Program-made: the position numbers and the translations under genes | Notes under the pieces: generated by a model | Database searches by the model: none | The model's input: the letters and a program-made list of their open reading frames with translations, nothing else | What the model was told of the DNA's origin: nothing | Shown: one piece after another, positions 42,009 through 51,364 of the stretch | How the letters are laid out: the number at the start of each line of letters is the position of its first letter | Position numbering within the stretch: position 1 is the stretch's first letter | Origin: a virus | IMG/VR virus record: IMGVR_UViG_3300016476_000256 | Coordinates: 1 to 64,000 of that record | Direction: 5' to 3' (one strand) | Length of the DNA: 64,000 nt

Positions 42009-42992
42009 ATGATTTCTACAAAGAATTTAATATATGATTTAGCTGATGTTCCAAGAGAATGGGCATTTGAACACTATCTAAACCTTACAGAAAAACTTAC
42101 AGGCCAAGATATTAAAATGAAGTCAGTATTTAATACACGGGAGAAGACACCTTCTATGTGTATTTATATTGACAGAAATAATATCTATAAGTTTAAAGAT
42201 TTTTCTTCAGGTATTGGTGGTGATGCAATAAGTCTTGTCCAAAATCTCTTTAATTTACCTACTAGAGGTTCCGCAAGTTATAAGATAATTGAAGACTATA
42301 ACCAGTATGTTTTAACTAATGGTTGTAACACAATAAGATCTTATAAACAACACAGTAAATTTAAAGTTACTGATTATGAGATGCGGCACTGGAATACTCT
42401 TGATCAAAAATATTGGATGGGATATCACATTGGTTCTAGATTGTTATCTAGATATAATGTTGTTCCACTAGAATATTATGTGATGACAAAGACAGATGAA
42501 AATGATGTTGTGTCAAGCATAACTATCAGGGGTAACTACATCTATGGGTATTTTAGAGAAGATGGGACACTCTATAAGATCTATCAGCCAAAGGTTAAAG
42601 AAAGTAAATTTATCAAGGTAAGAGATTATATACAAGGTACTGAACAATTAGTGTTTGATAAACCTTATTTGATAATTACATCTTCCCTTAAAGATTTGAT
42701 GGCATATCAAAAACTAAAGATTAGTAATTCAGAAGCAATTGCACCAGACAGTGAGAATACTATGATACCTGAGAATATAATGAGTAACATTAGTTCTAAG
42801 TATCAAAAAGTATGTATATTGTTTGATAATGATGAGGCTGGTATAAAAGCTGCTGAAAAGTATAAGTCTAAGTATGGTTTTAATTATGTTATTCTTGATC
42901 TTGAGAAAGATTTATCAGATGCTATTAAAGTACATGGTATAGATAAAGTAAGAGACAATCTTTTACCATTACTAAAAAATGCAATACTATGA
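42009..42992 (+). CDS. DnaG-type (TOPRIM) DNA primase
   Basis: TOPRIM DxD segment CILFDNDEAGIKAAEKY. The N-terminal region EKTPSMCIY...FKDFSSGIGGDAISLV parallels the DnaG zinc-finger region but lacks the cysteines. Confidence 0.7.
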   Translation: MISTKNLIYDLADVPREWAFEHYLNLTEKLTGQDIKMKSVFNTREKTPSMCIYIDRNNIYKFKDFSSGIGGDAISLVQNLFNLPTRGSASYKIIEDYNQYVLTNGCNTIRSYKQHSKFKVTDYEMRHWNTLDQKYWMGYHIGSRLLSRYNVVPLEYYVMTKTDENDVVSSITIRGNYIYGYFREDGTLYKIYQPKVKESKFIKVRDYIQGTEQLVFDKPYLIITSSLKDLMAYQKLKISNSEAIAPDSENTMIPENIMSNISSKYQKVCILFDNDEAGIKAAEKYKSKYGFNYVILDLEKDLSDAIKVHGIDKVRDNLLPLLKNAIL

Positions 42993-43417
42993 GTAAATGG
43001 TCATACCAGGGACAAGACTTTGAAAGCTCCATGATTCCTGAAGGAGCAGAAGGTTTTGTGTATGAAATGCAGGCTATAATAGACGGTAAACTTGTAAGGT
43101 ATATTGGAAAGAAGAACTTTTATTCTGTAACAAAGAAGAGATTTGGCAAGAAAGCCTTGTCTTCTATGCAAGATAAGAGAGCTAAGAAATATACTATGCA
43201 AAAGAAACTTACCTATCTAGACTATTATAGTAGCAATGCTGTGCTGAAAGATGCACATAAAGCCGGGATAGAAATTAGAAGATACATGCTTAAGATATGT
43301 TTCTCTAAAATGGAACTTACTTATTATGAGACTAAGTTTCAGTTTGTTAGAGGTGTATTAGAGAGTGATGAGTTCTTAAATGGTAATATCCTAGGCAGGT
43401 TTTACAAATTCAAATAA
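42989..43417 (+). CDS. hypothetical protein, weak GIY-YIG-like pattern
   Basis: GFVYEM...(12 aa)...RYIGKK with downstream R, E and N candidates. Spacing is atypical. Confidence 0.3.
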   Translation: MSKWSYQGQDFESSMIPEGAEGFVYEMQAIIDGKLVRYIGKKNFYSVTKKRFGKKALSSMQDKRAKKYTMQKKLTYLDYYSSNAVLKDAHKAGIEIRRYMLKICFSKMELTYYETKFQFVRGVLESDEFLNGNILGRFYKFK

Positions 43418-43419
43418 TT

Positions 43420-43815
43420 ATGACAGAACAAGAATTAACACAAACCTTGATCCAGTTAGCGGATCTGGGAGTTACTGGTATTAGAATAAATTATGAAGGT
43501 GGAGGAGATAGTGGTTGTATAGAAGATATATTTTATACAGATAAAGAGGGTGTTTCACTTGATGAAGTTCAAAGCTTACCTTGGGATTCTAAGAATCTAA
43601 GAGAATTAAGTAATGAACTTGCAAACAATATAGAAAACTTTACTACAGATACAATTCTTGATACCATAGAAGATTGGTGGAATAATGAGGGTGGTAGTGG
43701 TACATTATCTATATTAGTTCCTTCCGGAGAGTATACTGTAGAAAACAATATCAGAAGAATTGATTATGATGAGTTTTTCCATGAGGGTAATTTATTTAGA
43801 AAAACAGAAGACTAA
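43420..43815 (+). CDS. hypothetical acidic protein
   Basis: 131-aa ORF. Confidence 0.6.
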   Translation: MTEQELTQTLIQLADLGVTGIRINYEGGGDSGCIEDIFYTDKEGVSLDEVQSLPWDSKNLRELSNELANNIENFTTDTILDTIEDWWNNEGGSGTLSILVPSGEYTVENNIRRIDYDEFFHEGNLFRKTED

Positions 43816-43847
43816 TGGCACATCCTTGGGAACATGCAAAATTTTAA
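43815..43847 (+). pseudogene. 10-codon remnant resembling the 5' end of the gene at 44848
   Basis: ATGGCACATCCTTGGGAACATGCAAAA (MAHPWEHAKF*) versus ATGCATCCTTGGGTACACAGCAAA (MHPWVHSK...) at 44848. Confidence 0.4.
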
Positions 43848-43858
43848 ATTGATTAATT

Positions 43859-44044
43859 ATGAGTTATTGTGAAGATTGTGGAAGCAAAATGGGTCATCAT
43901 GGATGTACTTGGTGTAATGAAGAATCATATATTGTTGACCAGTATTATGAAGAAGAGATGCCTTTGCCAAATGATGATACAGAGTTTATGAAAAAATATT
44001 ATGAACAACAAAAAAAGTTAAGAAATAATGACACATCCAAATAA
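43859..44044 (+). CDS. small zinc-ribbon protein
   Basis: 61 aa, CEDCGSKMGHHGCTWC. Confidence 0.5.
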   Translation: MSYCEDCGSKMGHHGCTWCNEESYIVDQYYEEEMPLPNDDTEFMKKYYEQQKKLRNNDTSK

Positions 44045-44088
44045 ATAAATATATTTTGTATATTTGTTTAAATTTAAAAGGATGAGCC

Positions 44089-44844
44089 ATGAAACATGTA
44101 TTACAACCAGGAGAAATAATCAAAAATAAGTTTGACATTGAAACAAAACTGCAGTATTTAAGTGAAGCAGGTTACAAAGGAAAGGGTATGAGATATATCA
44201 ATGTCTTATGTACTTCTTGTAATACTGAGCACATAAAACAATTTGCTTCAATAAGAGCTGGTTATATTACATCTTGTGGAAACAAGTCTTGTAAAATTTC
44301 TATAAGTCCTTTACATAAAGTTATTTATAAGAAAGGAGATGCTGTGAGTTCTAGCTTAATATATCTTGAAGAAGATGCTGAAAGAACAACTAGTAATCAT
44401 AGATATTTTAAAGTACAATGTACTTGTGGAGAAATATTTAGCACAAGAGTGGATAGAAAGAAAGACTGTTGTACAAAATGCAGTTTTAAAGAAAAAAGAG
44501 AAACATTAACTGATTCAAATAAGAAAGCTTTAATTAATTCATTACTTCAATCTTATAAAAAGAATGCTGAATTAAGAGGTTATAAGTTTGAACTTACTGC
44601 TGATGTTTTTGAGAGTTACTTGTTTGCTTCTTGCTATTACTGTGGAGTTTTACCAACAAATAAAATTCAAAAAGGTAATAAGTCTATTTACTATAATGGT
44701 ATTGATAGAAAAGATAATACTCTTGGTTATGAAGGTGATAACTGTGTTACCTGTTGTGGAAAGTGTAATATGATGAAGAATAAATATTCTCATGATGACT
44801 TTATATTACACATTAAATCTATTATTAACAATTTAAACTTATAA
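44089..44844 (+). CDS. HNH homing endonuclease
   Basis: YCGVLP...YYNGIDRKDNTLGYEGDNCVTCCGKCNMMKNK is a classic HNH_3-type motif. Cys-rich N-terminal DNA-binding region. Confidence 0.75.
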   Translation: MKHVLQPGEIIKNKFDIETKLQYLSEAGYKGKGMRYINVLCTSCNTEHIKQFASIRAGYITSCGNKSCKISISPLHKVIYKKGDAVSSSLIYLEEDAERTTSNHRYFKVQCTCGEIFSTRVDRKKDCCTKCSFKEKRETLTDSNKKALINSLLQSYKKNAELRGYKFELTADVFESYLFASCYYCGVLPTNKIQKGNKSIYYNGIDRKDNTLGYEGDNCVTCCGKCNMMKNKYSHDDFILHIKSIINNLNL

Positions 44845-44847
44845 TTT

Positions 44848-45186
44848 ATGCATCCTTGGGTACACAGCAAATCATCTGCTAGAAAATGGGGAGGTAAACC
44901 AGAAGAATACATGATATATCATGAATGGTTTGATGAAACTAAAGCTTGGATAGGACATTCTAAACATAGAATGTTCAGACATCACAGTGAAGGTATATTT
45001 GAGATGGAGAGCATCTTTGGAGTAAGCTTTGTAAATAGTGATAACAGAGTTGTCTATACCAGGTATATTGGTGAGCAACATGTAAAGGAAGATTGCAATG
45101 GCTATATTCCAAGTGCTAAGGAGTGGGTTGATAATATAAATACACCTACAGAGTGGATGATTAAAACTTTAAAAATTGAAGACTGA
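44848..45186 (+). CDS. hypothetical protein
   Basis: 112-aa ORF (MHPWVHSKSSARKWGGKPEEY...). Confidence 0.6.
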   Translation: MHPWVHSKSSARKWGGKPEEYMIYHEWFDETKAWIGHSKHRMFRHHSEGIFEMESIFGVSFVNSDNRVVYTRYIGEQHVKEDCNGYIPSAKEWVDNINTPTEWMIKTLKIED

Positions 45187-45611
45187 TGATTTTAACAAAA
45201 GAAGAAGTAAAGAATCTGATTGGAATGCTAAGATCTCCCGACAAGGATAATAGACTTGTAGCCTTTAAGATAATAGAGGATCTAAATCTTAAAAAACATG
45301 TTGGGGAGATAATGGTAATGTATAAATATGGTGAGTATAATTTAGAGAGTTGGGAAGCTGACTGTAAACCTGCTTATGAGTTTATAGTAAAGAGGATTGA
45401 AAAGTTCAATGGAGATTGGGAAAACAAACTAAGATCTGGAGAAATACTTTCACTAATGACAGCAAATAAATCTAGTAAGCAATCAATAGAATTATTCTTA
45501 GAATATTTTATTAGAGACATGACTAAAATGTTAGATGCTATGGGGTATCCCACAGATAAATTTGAGTTAGGTATAAAACTAAAAGAAGATGGACAAACAA
45601 AAGAGTCTTAG
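45186..45611 (+). CDS. hypothetical protein
   Basis: 141-aa ORF. Confidence 0.6.
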   Translation: MILTKEEVKNLIGMLRSPDKDNRLVAFKIIEDLNLKKHVGEIMVMYKYGEYNLESWEADCKPAYEFIVKRIEKFNGDWENKLRSGEILSLMTANKSSKQSIELFLEYFIRDMTKMLDAMGYPTDKFELGIKLKEDGQTKES

Positions 45612-46767
45612 TAAAATTAGTAAAGAGCTGATGTTAAAAGAGCCCTATTATGGGTTCTTTCTTATTATGCTCAACAAAGTATGGAGAAAAGATCTTCCTA
45701 CTGCAGGTGTGAGTAAGAATGGTATCAACTTTCAGTTGGCTATCAATGAGGATTTTTGGACAAGCCTGAGTGAGATGCATCAAATGGGATTACTAAAGCA
45801 TGAATTACTTCATATTGCTTTTGGTCATCTTACAAGTTTCAAGTCTTTTAAGAATCATAGACTTGCAAATGTAGCAATGGACATGGAAATCAATCAGTAT
45901 ATAGATGAAGATTGGTTACCAAAGGGAGGAATAGATATAAATGACTATGAAGATCTAAATCTTGAAAGAAAAGCTGGTTGTAGATATTACTATGACAAGT
46001 TGAATCAGTTTCAAGATGAGAAGGATAAGAATGGTAGCTGTGGTAATGAAGATATGGATAAGTTACTTGACCAAGTAGCTAATGGAGAAGGACCAGACCA
46101 CAGTACATGGGGAGAGTTTGAAGATCTTAGTGAAGCTGAGCAAAAGCTAATAGAGAAACAATTACAGAAAGTTTTGCAAGATGCTAAAGAACAGACTATC
46201 AAGAAGCGCGGAAATATTCCAGGTGAGATAGAAGGAGTAATTGTTATTGAGGAAATAGTTCCACCTAAGTTTGATTGGCGGGGATATATTAGAAGATTTA
46301 CTGGAGTGAGCACAAAGGTATTTACAAAGAAAATCCGCAGAAAAGAAAACAGGAGATATGATGAAAATCCAGGTCTGAAGATTAAGATGAGACAGCATAT
46401 GTTGTTGGCTATTGATACTTCAGGTTCTGTGAGTGATAATGAGCTACAAGAGTTCATGGGTGAGATTCACCATATTTACAAAACAGGTGTAGATGTGACT
46501 GTAATGCAGTGTGATACTAGCATTAGATCTATTGAGCCCTATAAAGGTAAGAATGAAATAAAAGTAGCAGGAAGAGGAGGAACAGAGTTTGATCCTGTCT
46601 TGGATTATTATAATGCTAACCAAAAGAAATATACTAGCCTGGTGTATTTTACTGATGGTGAGTGTTATACATCTGTAGTACCAAAAGGTAATGTCCTTTG
46701 GGTATTGTCAGAAAGATCACATATGAATGAAAGTTTACCAGGTAGAGTAATAAAATTAGAATTATAA
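45589..46767 (+). CDS. metallopeptidase-like (HExxH) + VWA domain protein (DUF2201-like)
   Basis: HELLHIAFGH in the N-terminal half. MIDAS-type LLAIDTSGSV in the C-terminal half. Confidence 0.7.
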   Translation: MDKQKSLSKISKELMLKEPYYGFFLIMLNKVWRKDLPTAGVSKNGINFQLAINEDFWTSLSEMHQMGLLKHELLHIAFGHLTSFKSFKNHRLANVAMDMEINQYIDEDWLPKGGIDINDYEDLNLERKAGCRYYYDKLNQFQDEKDKNGSCGNEDMDKLLDQVANGEGPDHSTWGEFEDLSEAEQKLIEKQLQKVLQDAKEQTIKKRGNIPGEIEGVIVIEEIVPPKFDWRGYIRRFTGVSTKVFTKKIRRKENRRYDENPGLKIKMRQHMLLAIDTSGSVSDNELQEFMGEIHHIYKTGVDVTVMQCDTSIRSIEPYKGKNEIKVAGRGGTEFDPVLDYYNANQKKYTSLVYFTDGECYTSVVPKGNVLWVLSERSHMNESLPGRVIKLEL

Positions 46768-46772
46768 AAATT

Positions 46773-47942
46773 ATGAACACAGTACAATTAAACGTAGAAG
46801 AGTTAAAAGGATTTATCCGTCACATGGTTAAAAATAACCAGCATATTCAAGCTGAAGGCAAAGTGCCTGTTGCAATTAATATAGAGGGTGATGCCGGTCT
46901 TGGTAAGACTTCTGCTATTATGCAGTTGGGTAAAGAGCTTGGTATGGATGTAGTAAAATTGAATCTATCTCAGATAGAAGAGCTAGGTGACCTTGTTGGT
47001 TTTCCTGTGAAAGAATTCTTGGTAAGAAATAAAGAAGGTAAACAAAGATGGATAACTGAAGCTCAAGTTCCTGGAGCTCTGAAAGCAGAATATACTGTTG
47101 TTGATAAGAGAATGGCTCATGCTGCTCCTGAGTGGATTCAAGGTAAAGGTGAGGGTGGCTTCTTGGTATTGGATGATTATACTCGTGCAGACCACAGATT
47201 TATGCAAGCTACTATGGAGATTTTAGATAGACAAGAATATGTTTCTTGGAAGCTACCTAAGAACTGGCATGTTATCTTAACCACTAATCCAGACAATGGT
47301 GACTATAATGTTACTAGCTTAGATGTTGCTCAGAAGACTAGATTTATTTCTGTAGAGATGAAGTATGATTCTGATGTATGGGCTAAGTGGGCAGAGAAAG
47401 CAGGGATAGATGGTAGATGTATTAACTTTATGTTGATGCATCCTGAGCTTGTAACTCAAAGAGTTAACCCAAGATCTATTACTACATTCTTTAATGCTAT
47501 TAGTTCTATTCCTAAGTTTGAAGATGATCTACCTCTAATCCAAATGATTGGTGAGGGTTCTGTGGGAGCAGATTTTAGTTCTATGTTTACTATGTTTATC
47601 AATAATAAACTAGATAAGTTGATTTCTCCTGAAGATATCTTGACTAAAGATAAGGATTATGTAATGGGAGCTTTGACAAATGCTGTTGGTAAGGATGATG
47701 ACTTTAGAGCAGACATCTCTAGTATTATTGCAACACGGGTAATTAACTATTCACTTGTTCAAGCTGAGAAAGGTGCAATTGCTCCAGCAGTAATTGACAG
47801 ATTAGCAATTCTAACTACTGAATGTGATGCATTTACAAATGACCTTAGATATTATATGGTCAAAGAAATAGTAAATGGAAACAAAGTTAAGTTTGCTAAG
47901 CTTATGCAGAATACGAATGTGGTGAAGATGGCTATCCAGTAA
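46773..47942 (+). CDS. MoxR-like AAA+ ATPase
   Basis: Walker A GDAGLGKTS, Walker B FLVLDDYTRA. Paired with the VWA gene, as in MoxR-VWA systems. Confidence 0.7.
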   Translation: MNTVQLNVEELKGFIRHMVKNNQHIQAEGKVPVAINIEGDAGLGKTSAIMQLGKELGMDVVKLNLSQIEELGDLVGFPVKEFLVRNKEGKQRWITEAQVPGALKAEYTVVDKRMAHAAPEWIQGKGEGGFLVLDDYTRADHRFMQATMEILDRQEYVSWKLPKNWHVILTTNPDNGDYNVTSLDVAQKTRFISVEMKYDSDVWAKWAEKAGIDGRCINFMLMHPELVTQRVNPRSITTFFNAISSIPKFEDDLPLIQMIGEGSVGADFSSMFTMFINNKLDKLISPEDILTKDKDYVMGALTNAVGKDDDFRADISSIIATRVINYSLVQAEKGAIAPAVIDRLAILTTECDAFTNDLRYYMVKEIVNGNKVKFAKLMQNTNVVKMAIQ

Positions 47943-48001
47943 AACAAAGGTGGGCAATCACCCCCTTTAAACAAACAGTAAACTAATCAAAAACTAAGAT
48001 G

Positions 48002-48021
48002 GGGGAAGGTAATACTTCCCC
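48002..48021 (+). terminator. hairpin (GGGGAAG-GTAATA-CTTCCCC), terminator candidate
   Basis: 7-bp stem with the same GTAATA loop as the hairpin at 22621. Weak T-run. Confidence 0.4.
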
Positions 48022-48041
48022 TAATCTTTATAAATTAAACT

Positions 48042-49316
48042 ATGGAAAAATTTGTTCATATTGAATTGACCAATGGGTCAGACCACAGTATTGTGCGTGG
48101 ATTAGATGTAAATATTATAGAAGGTTTAGGAGATTCATTAGATACTTTTGTAAATGCAAAAGGATATGTTCCTACAAAAGGAGACACAATATATCTATTG
48201 CCGGGAGTTAATATCCCAAGAATGAAACTAAAAGACCTTGCACTAAATCTTGGTATCAGAGTAGTAAGAGACCCGGAAAAAGCTACTGTTGTTTTCAGTG
48301 GTAAAAGCAGTGTTGGTAAACTAACTACATCTACTTGGTATTATTTTGCAGATGCAAACACTATTCTTGAAAATGTAAAGAAGCTTTGTAAGGATGACTA
48401 TTACATTGACAAATTAGATGTAGCAATATCAAGCACAGGTGCTACAAGAGTTTGTTCAAATTGGTCAGACATGAGAAATACTCTGTGCAATGGAAACCCA
48501 AGCATCTATGAAAGTCAGTATTTTTATGGTATTGAACCAGAGTATCAAGAAACATATGATGCTATTCAGGGTAAACCAATCTATTGTGAGTCAGAGTTAA
48601 TTACAAATATCAATGGTGATGATTCTACAGTTATAGACTATGATGTTTACAAACAGTTAAATAGTATGTTTGAAAGCTCTGATGATGACAATCATATCCT
48701 GGCTATGGAAATTATGGCTAATTCTCATTATGAGAAAAGTGTGTTGTACTTACTAATGCTTATAAGTGATTTTAGTGGTGTAATATCTAATACACATACT
48801 AAAAATCATGTAAACTTCAAGTCTATGCTTGCTTATTTCAATTGGGTTCCAAGACAAATAAGTAGTTTGGATGCTGATGATATAATCAAGATAATAGATG
48901 GAAAGGGTCTGTTAACTCTAGATATGATTCAAGTATTGTATAAAGAGTATACTGATTATATTCATAGAAGCATTGCATATGATGAGGTCTTTGAAATCAA
49001 AGAAGTTACTATTAAACAAGACTATCTTGACAAACTTAATTTAACATCTCTTAACTTAATTAATCCTGAAGAACTTGAGGTCACAGATCCGGTAGATGAA
49101 GTAGTTACTAATGAAGCTGAGTTATCTGACCTTAAGGATGAAATATTTACAGATGAACTTATAGAAGCTGCAATAACTAACATTAAGAGAGCTGAACTTA
49201 AGTCAGAGTTAATAGCTATTGAAGAAGAATTAAGTGCTGCCCAGGAGACACCTGAAGAACAATCAAATAACAATCAAATAGAAGAAACAAATGGAGATGA
49301 CTTTGAATGGTTCTGA
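48042..49316 (+). CDS. hypothetical protein with acidic C-terminus
   Basis: 424-aa ORF. Confidence 0.65.
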   Translation: MEKFVHIELTNGSDHSIVRGLDVNIIEGLGDSLDTFVNAKGYVPTKGDTIYLLPGVNIPRMKLKDLALNLGIRVVRDPEKATVVFSGKSSVGKLTTSTWYYFADANTILENVKKLCKDDYYIDKLDVAISSTGATRVCSNWSDMRNTLCNGNPSIYESQYFYGIEPEYQETYDAIQGKPIYCESELITNINGDDSTVIDYDVYKQLNSMFESSDDDNHILAMEIMANSHYEKSVLYLLMLISDFSGVISNTHTKNHVNFKSMLAYFNWVPRQISSLDADDIIKIIDGKGLLTLDMIQVLYKEYTDYIHRSIAYDEVFEIKEVTIKQDYLDKLNLTSLNLINPEELEVTDPVDEVVTNEAELSDLKDEIFTDELIEAAITNIKRAELKSELIAIEEELSAAQETPEEQSNNNQIEETNGDDFEWF

Positions 49317-50334
49317 GGAACTAGAAAAATTCTATAAAGAAAAGTTTTACTTTAGCTACTCTAGCATTAGTAAACTTCTTTATTCTCCGGTAGCATTCTA
49401 TAATCATTATGTGCTCAACAACAGAGAAGATAGTGTTGGCCCTCACCTGGTAGCAGGTAGGGTCATACACTGTCTCTTGTTTGAAGAGGATAAGTATGAT
49501 GATTATTTTACAAGCATGCCGGGAAAACTACCAACAGATAGTCAGAAGAAAATTATTGATAATATTTTTAAGACGCACTTGACAATAGAAAATAATTCTC
49601 TATCTTTGGAAGACTACTCACAAGATATACTTACAGAGCTACTCACAGCTAATCTCTATCAAAATCTTACTGATGATAAAAAAGATAAATCTATAACAGG
49701 AGATTCAAAAAGACTTGATAAGATACTCACAGAGGAAAACAAACAATACTTTAATTTTCTTAAAGAAGCCCGTGAAAAAACGGTAGTAGATCAACCTACT
49801 CTAGATGGCTGTAGAGCAAGTGTTGAGGTACTTAAGTCTAATAAAGACATAAGACAATTACTACAATTTGATAGGGCTGAAACAGATGACCACATAGAGG
49901 TGTACAGTGAGTTGCCAGTACAAGTTGACGTGGATTATCTACCTTATGGTTTTAAGGGTATAATAGATAACCTTGTGATAGATAGAGAATCTAAAACAAT
50001 ATTTATCAATGACCTTAAGACTACAGGTAAATCTCTTTTAGAGTTTCCTGAGTCAGTACAGTATTACAAATATTGGATTCAGGCTGTGGTATATGAGAAA
50101 CTTGTATTCCACAAGTTCTTAAAGGATTTACCCGATCTGGCTGAGTGGCAGTTGTACTTTACATTTATTGTAATAGACAAATACAACCAAGCTTATCCAT
50201 TTCAAGTCTCAGCTGAGACAATGGCTGTATGGCAGCAGGACTTTGATGAAATAACTGATATGCTTAAATATCATTATGAAAGCAAGGACTTTACACTGCC
50301 ATATGATTTAATTATGGGTAATGTAAAATTGTAA
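49291..50334 (+). CDS. PD-(D/E)XK (RecB/Cas4-like) exonuclease
   Basis: GIIDNLVID...IFINDLKTTGK core, plus YKYWIQAVVYEK (a QxxxY-type motif). Confidence 0.6.
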   Translation: MEMTLNGSEELEKFYKEKFYFSYSSISKLLYSPVAFYNHYVLNNREDSVGPHLVAGRVIHCLLFEEDKYDDYFTSMPGKLPTDSQKKIIDNIFKTHLTIENNSLSLEDYSQDILTELLTANLYQNLTDDKKDKSITGDSKRLDKILTEENKQYFNFLKEAREKTVVDQPTLDGCRASVEVLKSNKDIRQLLQFDRAETDDHIEVYSELPVQVDVDYLPYGFKGIIDNLVIDRESKTIFINDLKTTGKSLLEFPESVQYYKYWIQAVVYEKLVFHKFLKDLPDLAEWQLYFTFIVIDKYNQAYPFQVSAETMAVWQQDFDEITDMLKYHYESKDFTLPYDLIMGNVKL

Positions 50335-50337
50335 AAC

Positions 50338-50904
50338 ATGGTAATTAATGCACTGTACGGTAAATATTTTCAAAAGTCCAAGATATTCTTATATCCGCTC
50401 TTGGGCATTAAAAGAGGGACAAGTGTAACTCCAGATGAAACATACATCAGTTGGAATGAAAAGTATTCTCCCGAGGATATGAAGTTAGTGTGCATGTATA
50501 AAACAAGACAAGATGAAGAGTATAAGAACTTTGAAGCTAATGTTTTATTAAAGCACTCAAGATTATATGATTACGTAAAAGTAAATGAAACCACCAGTGT
50601 ATTTATATTTGATTTTTCAGATCAGAAAGATAATTGGCAAATGTTTATTGAAGGAAAATTCAGTAAATTTGACAATAAAATTAAAAACAAAATCCTAGAT
50701 TTCTTTGAGAAGAATAGTGGAAACTATGTATATGTGCATAGCTTTTTGTACCCAAACAAGTGGTATGATAGATATGCAGAGCTGTTGGGTGTTAAGCCAG
50801 ATTTGCTAAAAGAAGTGGGGGAATTGTGTTCAATAACTGATGTTGATAAAGAAAATTTATCTATTCAGGTAGCAGATTTGGAAAATATAAGAATTCTAGA
50901 TTAA
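50338..50904 (+). CDS. hypothetical protein
   Basis: 188-aa ORF. Confidence 0.6.
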   Translation: MVINALYGKYFQKSKIFLYPLLGIKRGTSVTPDETYISWNEKYSPEDMKLVCMYKTRQDEEYKNFEANVLLKHSRLYDYVKVNETTSVFIFDFSDQKDNWQMFIEGKFSKFDNKIKNKILDFFEKNSGNYVYVHSFLYPNKWYDRYAELLGVKPDLLKEVGELCSITDVDKENLSIQVADLENIRILD

Positions 50905-50931
50905 TTTGTATTAAATTTAAAAAAACCAATA

Positions 50932-51288
50932 ATGAGTGAAAAATCAATGATGCTAGTTCAGTCTAGCTGGCAAGAAAGCCAAACCTTTAGAATGATTCCT
51001 ATTACAGAGTCATGTCCCTATGTAGAATGTATCTTTGACCCGGGTACAAAAGTATTTGTTATTATCTCTAAAACTACTAAGCATACATTACATATGCTTC
51101 CTAAGTTGGATGATTATGGACAAGTAATCACTGGTGCAAAGGGTACTAAACAAGACAGACATAAGATTGAAGTCTTCCAAGAGTTTTATATTGAGAGTGC
51201 TGAAGCTATTAAAGAAATAGTAGAGCACTTTGCAATTAATGCTAAGAAGTTTGACTACAAGTCTTTTATGACTGCATCTGAGAAATAA
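50932..51288 (+). CDS. hypothetical protein
   Basis: 118-aa ORF. Confidence 0.6.
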   Translation: MSEKSMMLVQSSWQESQTFRMIPITESCPYVECIFDPGTKVFVIISKTTKHTLHMLPKLDDYGQVITGAKGTKQDRHKIEVFQEFYIESAEAIKEIVEHFAINAKKFDYKSFMTASEK

Positions 51289-51302
51289 GTAATTTAGGTC
51301 AC

Positions 51303-51328
51303 CATGGGGTGGCTTAGGTTGCCCCATG
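51303..51328 (+). other. conserved hairpin, copy A (CATGGGG-TGGCTTAGGTTG-CCCCATG)
   Basis: 7-bp stem. The 12-nt loop is nearly identical to the loop of the hairpin at 54498-54521. No T-run. Confidence 0.5.
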
Positions 51329-51364
51329 TGATATTATACGGGGAAACAGCTTAACTGAATTAAC

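Noticed and set aside
46011-46457. 148-aa and 78-aa minus-strand ORFs inside the VWA gene, and similar antisense ORFs (41127..41339, 44872..45081, 49022..49273, 52112..52378, 59121..59399, 60319..60582, 63108..63912).
   Set aside because: All are antisense to long ORFs with clear motifs. They are Ser/Leu/Phe/Ile-rich shadow frames.
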